Assembly (NCBI RefSeq): GCF_964204645.1
Contig: NC_134030.1
Location: 17,174,110 to 17,238,109, forward strand
Source of the DNA: Tubulanus polymorphus
Lineage: Eukaryota; Animalia; Nemertea
Direction of reading: 5' to 3'
DNA: 64,000 nucleotides
Below, piece after piece: positions 52,030-64,000 of the stretch. The notes under the pieces are model-generated. The model made no database searches. It had not been told where the DNA came from and was given only the letters and a program-made list of their open reading frames with translations. Position 1 is the first letter of the stretch; each line of letters begins with the position of its first letter. The position numbers and the translations under genes are program-made.

Positions 52030-53891
52030 ATGTGGAACCAAAGACCGCATATCTTAATGGTGCGTTAAAGAAATCGCCAATTATACATCAGATGAGGACA
52101 ATCCACTGCCTCCCCCACCTGCCCCAGCCCCTGATTCTGGTAGTGATCATGACAGTGACAATCAATCTGAAAATCAAGATGATCGTGGCAGGCCTAGAGG
52201 TAGAATTATTCCCCCTAATAGACAGAGATGATGATCCAGATCTCCTGTTAGGGTGAGGAAGGGGAAGGGCTGCTCGAGCTAGAGGAAGAGGCAGGGGTTG
52301 AGGCAGCGGTCGCGGCCGTGCAGTTCCAAATGCGCCATTGCTAGATAACTGGCAGGACCACGACGGGACTATGCCAGATTGGTTGCAGAATTTGAATACA
52401 CCAAATCAAGGAAAGCCTGTAGTTGATACTACAGGGTACACTAAAAAGGATTTTTTGAACCTAACATTATCGCCACATATAGTTGACAAATTAGTAACGG
52501 AAACAAATCATTACTTCGACCAGTATGCCGCTGGACAAAATGCAAAAGAATCTGTGGTGAATTCATGGCAGCCCGTTACTCATCAGGAAATGAATGCTTT
52601 TTTAGCAATTACTATAGTTGCAGCAACATGTAGAAAAGATCCTTTCAAACATATGTGGAGTACCAACTGGATGATAGAAATGCCTGGTATAAGGTTGGTT
52701 ATGTCAAGAAATAGGTTCCAGGATATATTGAGGTTTCTACACACTGTGGACAATACACAGGCTGTACCACAAGGTCAGCCTGGATATGATAGGTGTTTTA
52801 AAATCAAATCTTTCAGTCAAGATTTAGCAACCGCTTGGCAGCAAGCAGCGTATAATCTCGAGAAAAACATATCAATAGATGAATGTATGGTGGCCTTCGT
52901 ATTTATTTTATGCAATATATGCCCAAAAAACCCAAGAAATGGGGAATGAAAGCTTGGGTGCTTGCAGGCAGTGGAACTGGATATGTATATGACTGGAAGC
53001 TATATTCTGGGAAAGATGGTGACCTTGTAGAGAAAGACTTGAGTTCGAAAGTGGTCAAAAATCTTGAGGACGGACTTCCACATGGTCATGTACTGTACAC
53101 GGACAACTTTCATTCAAATGTATCATTATTTGAGGATCTAAAAACAATGGGGATAGGTGCATGTGGAACGGTGAAGTCCAACAGATAGAGAAACCCTCCC
53201 GAAATTTAAAGATTCAACAAAAAGACTAGTGAGCGAATTCTTCGCAAAATTTCCCCTATCTATAGCCATCGGATGGATGGACAAACGCCCAGTTTGTCTG
53301 CTTTCAACTATTCATTCATCAGATACTGTAAGAAAGCCTGTTCGTGACAGACGCCAACAAAATGGATATAGAGAAGTTGATAAACCCACCGCGGTAAATG
53401 ATTACAACTTTTTTATGGGAGGAGTTGATCGATCAGATCAAATGAATTCGTACTTCAGTGTTACTCAACGTACGGTCAAGTGGTGGAAAAAGGTATTATT
53501 TCACCTTATTGTCACTGCGATTACAAATGCTTATCTGCTGTATAAGTCAGTGACATCTAACCCCAGTGAACATCATGACTTTTTGTTGGATTTAGCGAAA
53601 GAACTTTTGGAGGGATACTCGAGGACCCGTCCGACAGTTGTCTCAGCAGGTGATAATGAGATGCGTCTGACTGAAAGACATTTCCTCGAAAAAGTTCACC
53701 AGAAACCTAACTGCGCTGTATGTACAAAGAGAGATCCAGTGAACCAAAATAAATACCTTAGACGGAAACAAACAGTGTACAGGTGCAAAACTTGTGTTCC
53801 TAAAGTTGGACTATACGCTTTGCCGTGTTTTGAAATTTTTCATACGCAGAAGCACTATGTACGGTACTATGAACGCCATTTCCTCCAATAA
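52030..53891 (+). pseudogene. piggyBac-like (PGBD4-type) transposase, near full length, frameshifted
   Basis: ETNHY; MSRNRFQDILRFLH; SIDECMVAF; QYMPKKPKKWGMK; YTDNFH; GACGTVKSNR; DYNFFMGGVDRSDQ; KWWKKVLFHL; C-terminal CAVC...CKTC...CF..FH. Possible right end gcgaaagga|ttaa near 54266. Confidence 0.9.
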
Positions 53892-54859
53892 GAAAGGTAA
53901 TGATATTAATATTTCTCTATTTTTATTGTCACATATGTAATTTAGATCACATTTTGTAGCGCAGTTAGCATTTATTTCTGATTTTACAGACATTATTAAT
54001 TTTTCCCACAAAATTCGGCATATTTCATACATTTTATACAAAAAACTTCAAATTTTACCAAATTTTCTTTTGTCAAATCTAAAAACATCATATACCATAA
54101 GAATCTGCAGAATGTGCTTTAGCAAGTTTTCTTTTACAGCTAAAGGCTAGGAGCAATAGTTTTAGAGGAATTTGAAGTTAGGTACTAATTTTGGTCTATT
54201 GTTGCAATGTACAGCCGGGATCCGTGGTAACCAGTGTCAATGTACAGCTGGGTGCGAAAGGATTAATAAACATCAGTTGTCCGTTTGTTAATCGCCATTG
54301 TGCTACGTTCCCCTTGCAACTATACTTAAGGAATCTTTAGGTAGCTATAGTACAATATCACAGTTTATATAATGTATATTACTAGTTACTTATTGCTTTA
54401 ATTATCAAAAAGTAAACAATGATAATGATGATTAAGTACTGATAAGTTACATCATATTAGGTTTACTGGCGCCAGAGGTCGAACACACCACACAGTTGAA
54501 AAAGGTGTACTGATTTTAAAGATCATGGAAACTTTTTTCGTAAGAAAATACGTAACGATAACAGTACTTAATACAATTTTGCCCCAATAGGTCATTCAAT
54601 AGGTTGACGCAAAACAAACCATTTATATATTTATTGTATTGCTGCATTGAAGTGTATTCAAAAAAATTGATAAATTGCAAAATTGATTGTTTTATCCACA
54701 ACTAGTGACATCATTCTTAGAATAACACAAACAACATAGATGGAAACTAATGCAGTAGAAATGCTATCAAATAACATAAGCGAAAGAGAAAGTGCCTGTA
54801 ATATTCATCTACCTCACTATTCGAATCAATACCAGCCGACGAAGAAGGTTATGATAAAG

Positions 54860-55352
54860 AGAAGTTGTTCATTTCAATGCCTCTCATTTGTTCGAGCCTG
54901 AGGCATCTTTGTCTGACAGCGATGGCGAAATCCATATTTTCAGACACCACATTATAATCACGAGAAACAAACAAATGCACCACATAAGAAAGTTTCGGCA
55001 TGTGATTTCTAAGCATATAAAATTATGTTTAGGCCCCAATCTTTCAATATCCTCCTCAAACCAGTTCTGGGTGGACATGTTTGCCAAAATCGAAACAGGA
55101 TGCTGTGCTATGGTCGTCACTATGGTAGACCAGATCTGCTTATAACCTTTACATGCAATCGAAAGTGGCAGCAGATCCAAGATGTTTTATTTCATGGTCA
55201 ACATGCACACGATCGACATGATATCGTAGCACAACTGTTTAAACTTAAACTGAAAAAAACTTATAGATGCTATAGTTAGATACTAGGTCTTTGGTCCAAT
55301 CCAATGCTACATATACATTAATAATTGAGTGGCAGAAGAGTGGTCTACCACA
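54860..55352 (+). pseudogene. Helitron Rep (HUH) domain fragment
   Basis: NQFWVDMFAKIE; YGRPDLLITFTCNRKWQQI...DRHDIVAQLFKLKL; IEWQKSGLPH. Confidence 0.85.
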
Positions 55353-56119
55353 TGATGGTGATACAACATCATCAGCGTGGACAGACCGTCAGCACCAATC
55401 ATTGACAGGCTTTCTCAGTGGACGGAGGTGTGGACTAAAAGAACAAATTTGTAGGACTTAGCACTTATTTGTTTTAAATATCGGCAAGGAAACGGTTTTT
55501 ATCAATTAAGCACAACTATTTTCCCGAACTGGAGGGGTTCTCTGGACTATCACGGCGAGTTCAGTTGGATCATGATCTTTTCAACTATATAAGTAGCTAC
55601 GACTTTGTATGCATATCAGAGACAAAAACTGATGATTGTGATTCTCCGCTAGTAAAAGAATATCTTCATAAGGGTAAAACGTTATTTTGAAAAAGACGTA
55701 TCAGGCGGAATAGCAATTATTTACAATGATGAACATCTTCGTAAATTATAATCTGTTCAAGAGGGTTGATGACTTAGACATTCAGGCTGGTGTGTTCATG
55801 TACACACCAGCCTGAACGTCTGTATAATTTGAAAAGATACACAACATCCTTGTTAGAGTACTCCATATACCTGATGATGGCTATTAGTTTAAGGACAAAA
55901 TATTTTTCAAATATGCATATTCTTTTAGTTTTACTTTGGCTGAAATTATTGTGAGATTTCTTTCATAGTCAAATTATACCTAGTCATATAATATAGCCAA
56001 TCCAGAGTTAAAGGATAGCCCTCCCTGGCTCGTGCTGACTTACGCAAAATATTCACTCGAAATATTCTAACTTTTATTTTTAGCTGCGGTTTCGGATTGC
56101 ATTGGGAATTGTTAGTTGC

Positions 56120-59100
56120 TATGGATCCCAGCAAACCAAGAAGAAAATATCGCAAGTACCTTGGTTCTGTTTTTTCACCAGAGAGCAGTTCCATTGTTCC
56201 TCGAAGGACACTGAAGGTGGAAGGTCAAGAATTGCCCTCAACGTCATCATCTTCAGTGGTGGATATAAATTGTAGACCCAAACAAACAGTGACAGAGACT
56301 CTGGATGAATGTTATGGCAATCTTACTGAGGAAGAAGATAGCAATATTCAATGCACTCAACCTTTCCCAGATGTAAATGGAACACTGTCACAGGAAACTC
56401 ATACAGGCCTAAATATCGATAAGGACAGGTTCCAAAATTGTAAGTAATAATTGAAGTATATAAGCCAAATTATGAGCCCGATGATACGTCTGATTACTAA
56501 CTTATTACTACTAGATATATCTGCCAAATATTCTGTACTGGTACCTATTTTGCCTTATGTGTATCGTAGCGATTGTCTCTTAGTTCGAGTTCCTACCCTT
56601 CCCTGGTAACATCTGTACTTTTGAAAATAGTGTAGGTCTAGGCCTAGGCCCTATATCATTATCATTTTCCCTTTTGTTTTTGTGATGTTTAGTTAAAACC
56701 TTGAAATGTTAGAATTATATATCATCAATTATGGGTTTTGCTTACTAACTAAAATAACTTAAACTTAATGTATATTTCTAATAGATGATTGGTATGAAAA
56801 TCCTCGAGTATTGGAAGTGACGACATCAGAGTTGTTTTTTCCGATGAAATGAAGTCCAAGGATGAACATGTTCTAGAACATGATTTAAATGTTGTTGGAG
56901 GTAAGGGCTCTTGAGAATTAATGTTTCTTCAAAATATGACCGATGATCAAATGTTTTTCATCTCACATGTTTTTTTATGTCTCTTTCCCAAATGCTGACC
57001 ATTTACTGAAAGTTGATGTCATCCAGGCTGAAGTGGAGTTACGTTATGAGCTTCAGCCCGCTGCGGAATTAGAGCAAATTGATGGACCCAATTGATTGAC
57101 CCAATTTGAACCAAGACTATTATGCCAATGTGAAATATTGATAGAATAATTTGCGAGCTTGATTTGTCTGCTACTTTAAGCCTTTCATGTTTTCGTTGAC
57201 CTCTTTTGAGACAAATAGATCATCTTTAGCTCCAATGTGACTGAAAGTCTTCAGATGGTTTGGGAGGATAGCGGTGGTCATCCCTTCCATCAACTTTTTC
57301 TTTAAATTGCTAATTAAATAGTCCTTATACATGTTCATTGGATCAAGTTGAAACTTTTGTACCAATGAGGGATCTATGGGCCAAAGCCAAAAACAATATA
57401 GAGCCATATTTATCCCAGAAACTGGCCCAAGATTCTAAATGGCCACCATAACTTGAAACATGCAGGGGTGATGTACCTAGCATCTTAAATCTATGAAATA
57501 GCTCAAGTATTTCACAAGGAGAGCATGGTATCCCGAACACCTAGCTTCAATTATAATTAGCAGCCTGGTCATTAGCACTTGTTGATCAATTGGTGAAATG
57601 TTTTAATCTTCCTTTTTTAAAGCCTCTTCTGCAAGATGAACTTTTGGATGAACCCCTTTACGCTGATGCTGAAAAAACATAGCGAGAATCAGTTACATCG
57701 ATATTGACATTTTCACTGAAAGCTGGATTGACATCTGTTGCGTTGACTGGCCTCCTAGATCTTCTTACAAATCTTTTACCAAAGAGTACAATTCTTCAAG
57801 GTACGAAGTTTCTTTTCCGTAAAATATTTAATGAATGTGAAGGAAGTCACCAAATGAAATTTTATTGTCCTGATTGTAATGCTTCGCTTGAAAATGAAAA
57901 TCTGCAATATCACTGTAGGCATTGTGCTAAAGTTTTCACCAAAAAATGTTTGGAGGAAAATGGTGATTTTTTTCTCTACATGCCAGTTGCAGACCAATTA
58001 AAGCCATTGTTAAATAACCCTGATGTTGTGGCTAATATTGATTACAAACACACTGGAATAGCTCAGCAAGGTTTTTCAGATATTTATGATGGGGATGTTT
58101 ATCAAAGAAATGAGAAGTATATGCAAGGGAATAATATGACAATATCCATTAGCACCGATGGTGTGCCTTTATTTAAATCATCAAATTTAGGTCTGTGGCC
58201 ATTGCAAGTAATTTTGAATGATCTGCCACCTAATTTACGCAAGAAGAGTGTCATAGTAGCTGGGTTGTGGTTTGGATCTAATAAGCCTAACATCAATACA
58301 TTTTTTCAGCCCCATTTATCGATGAGTGTCAGTCATTTTCCACTGTGGGTATCAATTGGATGAAAGATGGCGAAAATATAAATTCTTAAGTATTTGTCAC
58401 ATGTTGTGCCGCAGATAGCCCAGAACGCTGTATCCTTCAGAACATAAAACCGTTCAATGGGGAGTATGGCTGTTCCTGGTGTCTGCATTCAGGTTTACAG
58501 CTCTAGCCAGGGCATAGAGTGTATCCTTCAAGGGTTTAAGTATTGAGAACCCATGATCTTTTTTAACATCATGCTAACAAAGCGGAGAATCTGCCTGTTA
58601 CAGGTGTAAAAGGTCCAAGTATTTTAATGATGTTGGATGGATTTGATATGACCGATGGATTTGTTGTTGCATTGTGCAGACCTCGGTGTCGCACATCAAC
58701 TTACAACACTTTGGTTGGATTCTAAACATCATGAGGAAGATTGGTATGTTGGCCTGCAAATCGCAGGTATGGATTCGAAAATCAAAACAATCTTCCCACC
58801 CAATGAGATATCTCGTTTACCTCGCTCAGCTACTGAACGTAAATATTGGAAAGGTGCAGAATGGAATAACTGGGTGTTTTTGTATAGCATTATCTGGCAT
58901 TTTACGTGCTGATTATTCTTTTGTCTTTTCATCGAGGGAATGTATCTATTAAATCAGCGAGCGGTTACAGCAGAGCAGTTAGATCATGCCGCGAACTGCC
59001 TCAATAAGTTTGTGTGTGAGTTTGAAGCTTTTTACCGGGTCGAAAACATGACGTATAATGTTCACCAGTTAGTTCACATGTCAGTGCGTGAGGAATTGGG

Positions 59101-59190
59101 GTCCCTTATGGTGCTACTCTACATACATCTTTGAGGGTTACATTCAAGATATTATCCATATGTACCATGGCACTCAAGCTGTATGCGCCT
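56120..59190 (+). pseudogene. Degraded EnSpm/CACTA-like (Tnp2-type) transposase gene
   Basis: YCPDC...CRHC; SDIYDGDVY; ISTDGVPLFKSSNLGLWPLQVILNDLPP..R....VAGLWFG..KP; CAADSPERC.LQN...FNGEYGCSWC; LHCADLGV; RKYWKGAEW; MTYNVHQLVH. Many frameshifts. Confidence 0.85.
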
Positions 59191-59643
59191 TTATCTAACT
59201 AAAACCCGAATCAAGACTCTATGTATATGTAATTTTATTAAGAGAATATCTTCAAATTTATCAGCCGCGTCTGAGTGACGGTCTATCAATGTGCCTAGCG
59301 CTGCACGAATTTAAGCTAGGGTTTTAGGGTCGTCTGATCAAAATGTATCATAATTAGCATATTCCTCAATTCTCATGTTTTCATCCCTATAAATTTTATG
59401 TAGTTACAGAGAAATCAATCATAGTTGAGGGGCGAATTGGCAAATTCTTAGATCCAAGAAGATGTCCATGTTGGTTTCAGTCATATTGGATCATGCACAC
59501 TTGACGCTGTCATTTTCGGGCGGCCAATCTGCGAGACTAGGTGCTCATTCCATACATGATTTTGACTTTGGATACTTTCTGCTATATACATGTAAAGCAT
59601 AAATGAATTCTATGAACATTTTTTTTAAGGGTAATTAGCAGGT

Positions 59644-62600
59644 GGGTCATTCCATGTAATATGGACCAAGGCTTGCCCACTCATAGTCTTAGAATGTCTT
59701 CAAACTTTCTGTATAACTATATGAGGCCATTATAAGCAAGTGGCCAAAATTTTAGCTTAATCGCTTCAATACTTTTGGAAATACAGCCAGTCTTATACCC
59801 CACCCTCAAACAGGCCTAATTCTTGTTGACGAACTGGCAACTTCATGTCCATTTTTCTTTGCATGTATAAGGCAAGGAACTGATATACTTTAAATCCCTA
59901 CAGTATGGGGTAAGTTCTTTTGGACAAATAGAACATTTTCATGTTCAACTCGTTTTAAGGTCGCCCCCAGGGGGGTCAAAAATGATAAAATCCACTTTTC
60001 ACCCGCTTTTGGGTACATTTTCAGTAGATTGTTTTTATGCTTTGTTATGTAATAATTCACTCATCCTTATGATTTCTAAATAGCATGAGGGTTATTTTGT
60101 TCATATGTACCTTAATTTTTACGGCCTTTGACCCCACCCCTTGATCTCCAAGGGGGTTAACTTTGACCCGAATTTTCTCAAAAGAACCCCTTTATATTCT
60201 ATTAAGTTTTTGTGTGGTGGGAACTATTATGGTAACCAATAACCTCTTCAAATATGATCTTATGTCTATATATGATTCCTGGGGATGTGGCAGCCGATCG
60301 AATTTTTAGGGAAATTTGCCATTTTTGCGATATTGCATTTTTGGCTACCCTGTTTGTTTGAAAAAATTGTATGGAAACATTTTAAAACTAATTAGAACAA
60401 TAGAATATGGCCCATGATACTTGAAAAACACTTAAAACCTGCTTTCAAAGACTTAATATTCAATATAATGATTCATAAATATCGATGGATAGTGAAATTC
60501 TAATGATATCAGTCACTTTTTTAAATTTTCTGAGATCAAATTTTTCATTTTTTATGCCTTCAGTACATACTACCCTTAAAGATTCCTGTACAATGGGACT
60601 AGTTCTATGGTATAAAGTAAACACTCTTAAGTGAAGCTGCACAAAATTGTTTAAGAACTACAACCAAAAAGGTTATAATGACTTAAACACATAATTTTCG
60701 CTGCTGTTGACTGTACATAAATCTATGAGAAAGTTCTGGTATTTTTATCTTGTTGCCAACCAACTAACTTCAACACTACCTCATAAATCAATAAAAGCTT
60801 ATGATATTGGCATTACTGTGTATATGACCTTCTTAAGTTTTGTTTCTATGCTGTGAGTTTTAAACATGGATGAAAATTCTACCATCAAATGTTCAGTCGG
60901 TTTTTTACTGAATTCTCATTGTCACCAGTATGGAGATTGTAAAATCAATGGTTTTATTGAGTGCAGTCAAGAAGAATTAGCTTTGATTTCAACAAGGGCA
61001 AGAATTAGTGTGAATGAAGTAAGAACTGTATGCTGCTGCCATAGAAAATACTACCTCCATATTTTTCCTCATATGAAGATGAACCAAAGTTGTTGTGATC
61101 CGATGAAAGGGCACAAAAAGTTGGTTTCCAAGGGATTAAAAGATGTTGATTCGGATATAATTCAACTTGTTTTGTTAAAAACAAGAGAAAAAGTTTTTCA
61201 AGGACAAAAGATTTGTTACAACTGTATAAAAAAAATGAATGATTCGTTGGATTTGAGAAGTGACGCAGAAGATTCCGTAGATGTTTGTGATAATGATACT
61301 TCTTACGCCAGTATAGAAACATTGAATAATAGTTTCATGTCTGTTGGTGTTTCAGCACTCAAATACGTTAAAGAAGTAAGAAAAGAAAATTATGGCAAAA
61401 GAAAATTAAGAGAATTTGAGGGAGCAGCAACAAGACATGTGGCCTCTCATTTAGGAGTTTCTCCGAGTAAATTGCGTCGCGAAGAGCCTGTTATTTGTCA
61501 TTGTTTGAGTAAAGATGATATTGCTGATTTGATAACTAAATTCAAAGAAAAACTTAGGAACAGCACACATAATGAAAAGATCAGCTATCTAACAATTATA
61601 CCGAAATCATGGACTATTTCTCAAGCAGTTCAGGAATTTCAAGAAGTAGGTGTCACCCGGTACATGGTAAAAGAGGCACGAAAATTGTTAAAAAAACAAA
61701 GGACTATTAGCAGAACGTCCTCCAATGAGTCGTTGTAAAATACCTCCCGAAACTATTAATGAAGTGATCAAGTTTTACCAAGATGACTCTTTTTCAAGGC
61801 AGTTACCAGGAAAAAAAGATTTTGTTAGTGTCTGTATTAATGGTATTAAAGTTCATCAGCAAAAGCGTCTGATTCTGACCAATCAAAAAGAGCTTCACTC
61901 AAATTTTAAGAAAGAAACTGGCTTAAAGATAGGATTTTCAAAGTTTGCGGAACTTAGGCCAAAATGGTGTGTGACTGTTTCTTCCAGTGGTAGTCATAAT
62001 GTGTGCGAATTCGAAAAACATCAAAATGTTAAATTTATGGTTGATTCAATCAATCAGGATTACCATAATTTGATGGATCTAATTGTATGCAATCGAGCTT
62101 CAAAAGACTGTATGCTACATAGATGTGAAGAATGTCCCGACAAACAACGATTGCAGGACTATTTGCAAAATTATCTACTACATGAAGATGGTGGTGATTT
62201 GATTAAATTCAATGAATGGGTTTCAACAGATCGCGTGGAAATTATCCGCAGAGAAATAATGTTAGAAGATTTTATTGACTTATTGTGTAATAGATTATAT
62301 GAATTGACTCCTCACTCATTTGTTGCTAAAGTTCAGGCAGCTTATTTCAAATTGGCAAAACTTACATTAGATACCAAAACACAGTCGTAATTCTGGATTT
62401 TGCGGAAAATTATAGTGTTATTCTTCAAGATCGCGTTCAGTCAATATTGGGACAAGAGACAATTACTATTCATCCAATGGTGTTTTATTTTAAAGAAAAT
62501 GACCAACTTTGCGAGGAAAGTATTTGTTTTATATCGGACAGTTTGAAACATGAAACGAACACGGTTTACTCTTTTCAAGACATTTTTACCAAATATTTGA

Positions 62601-63382
62601 AAGGAAAATATCCTCATCTAGAAACGATCAAATATTTCAGTGACGGATGCGCTGGACAATACAAAAATTATAAAAATTTATGTCTCTTCGGACTTCAAGC
62701 AGAATGGCATTTCTTTGCCACTAGCCATGGCAAAGGAGTATGTGATGGAGTAGGTGGCACCGTCAAACGTCTCGCAGCTCGCGCTAGTCTTCAGTGTAAG
62801 TTGATCAGAAATGCTTTTGAGATGTATGATTTTTGTGTTGAAGACATCAAAAACATTAAATTTTTTCTGGTGAAGAAAACTGACATTGAAAGCTTCCACC
62901 AAGATTTGGAGGCTAGATATCTACTTGGCAAAACAGTAGAAGGAACGCGGTCCTTTCATAGCTTTGTTCCAATCGACATAAATTCGCTCAGAGTGAAAAG
63001 ATTTTCTAAAGATGATGCATCAACAGTGCGCAATGTTGTAAAAACTCCTTTGACAGATAATGTAATTCCCAACTATGATGCCTGTAAAGAACTTGGTATT
63101 AGTGATTATGTGGCTCCATTGTATGATGGAAATTGGTGGATTGGTTTAGTCACAGAGATAAGCCAACAAAATGAGGATTGCTTGATTTCATTCATGCATC
63201 CACATGGGCCAGCAAGATCATTTGCTTGGCCCGGACGGCAAGATTCCTGTTGGATTCCATTTTCCGATGTCTTGATGAAGCTGCAAATACCTACAACTGT
63301 AACAGGAAGACAGTACTCAATTGCAGACACTCATCTAGTGACCATCATGGACGAGCTGGTAAAACATTCTACTACTCATTAG
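59644..63382 (+). mobile_element. Sola2-like DNA transposon (left end plus frameshifted transposase); right TIR not seen
   Basis: Putative terminus GGGTCATTCCATG at 59644. ORFs 60866-61738, 61725-62390 and 62447-63382 join by small indels: SRQLPGKKDFVSV, IGFSKFAELRPKWC, LDFAENY, FSDGCAGQYKN, WHFFATSHGKGVCDGVGGTVKR, GTRSFH. Confidence 0.7.
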
Positions 63383-64000
63383 GTCAGTGTGTTTAATTAT
63401 ACTTTTTTATAAGTTTATTACTGGATTTGCAGTGTTTACTACCATGTTTTCTTTAAAAAAATAAGGGCAAATATAGCTGCAAAGCAGCGATGACGGGTTT
63501 TCTGTAAAGCCATTCAGAATGATGGGAATTGTAGTAAATTGAAATATCGATACATAGAATAAAATGCATTGACAGATTCGAACCTAATATGCAACCACTG
63601 TGTAAACGTCAAATATGATTCAGCTTTGAAACCGAACATACGTGGACGTACAATCACAAATATTAATATATTTGACCAGGCACTTATTTTGGCATTCAAA
63701 CATCATGATACTGTATTATCACCATCCTTAAAAATGGATCTGTCCTATTAAGAACTCATCTTAAGCACCTGCTGAGCCGATAGATTGAGTGAATTCACAG
63801 ATAAGAACGTATTATGATTTAGAATAGATTAGATTTAAGAAGTTAATGTTTTTATTGAAATATTTGAATAAATACATATATCGTAGTGTAGATTCAATCA
63901 ATAAATTATGAATTGATTTGGTCTAGGTTTCCGGCTGATGTTGATTTTGGCTTTTATGGATTACAAATTCTACAGTGATAAACAATTGATACCTGCAACA

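Noticed and set aside
1-64000. tRNA or rRNA genes, prokaryotic operons
   Set aside because: None recognised by eye; tRNAscan-SE or Infernal would be needed to exclude tRNA-derived SINEs.

Overview
AT-rich eukaryotic DNA, most likely from an invertebrate animal. Evidence: GT-AG spliceosomal introns, animal-type transposon families, and no operons or RNA genes. The window is mostly a nested graveyard of mobile elements: a 5'-truncated LINE, an internally deleted BEL/Pao, two piggyBac-like copies, two EnSpm/CACTA-like transposase relics, a tyrosine-recombinase-like relic, a Penelope element with a hammerhead ribozyme core, a Helitron Rep fragment, a probable Sola2 element, several MITEs (Harbinger, hAT-like with 7-bp TSD) and a 205-bp hairpin satellite. 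Four things stand out. (1) A structurally complete 5.6-kb Kolobok transposon (40052-45678, TTAA TSD) with an 11-exon THAP-DDE transposase gene and, convergent with it, an intact two-exon gene for a stand-alone P2X7-ballast-like (KolX-type) Cys-rich protein. (2) Two short TSD-flanked palindromic insertions whose loops hold hammerhead-ribozyme cores (about 24.8-25.1 kb and 46.9-47.2 kb). (3) An intact, intronless 573-aa orphan polytopic membrane protein (48471-50192). (4) A spliced gene missed by the ORF track (19.9-21.8 kb) combining a J-domain-like HPDK motif, an acidic 7-aa repeat and zinc fingers. All family assignments come from motif recognition by eye; no database searches were run.
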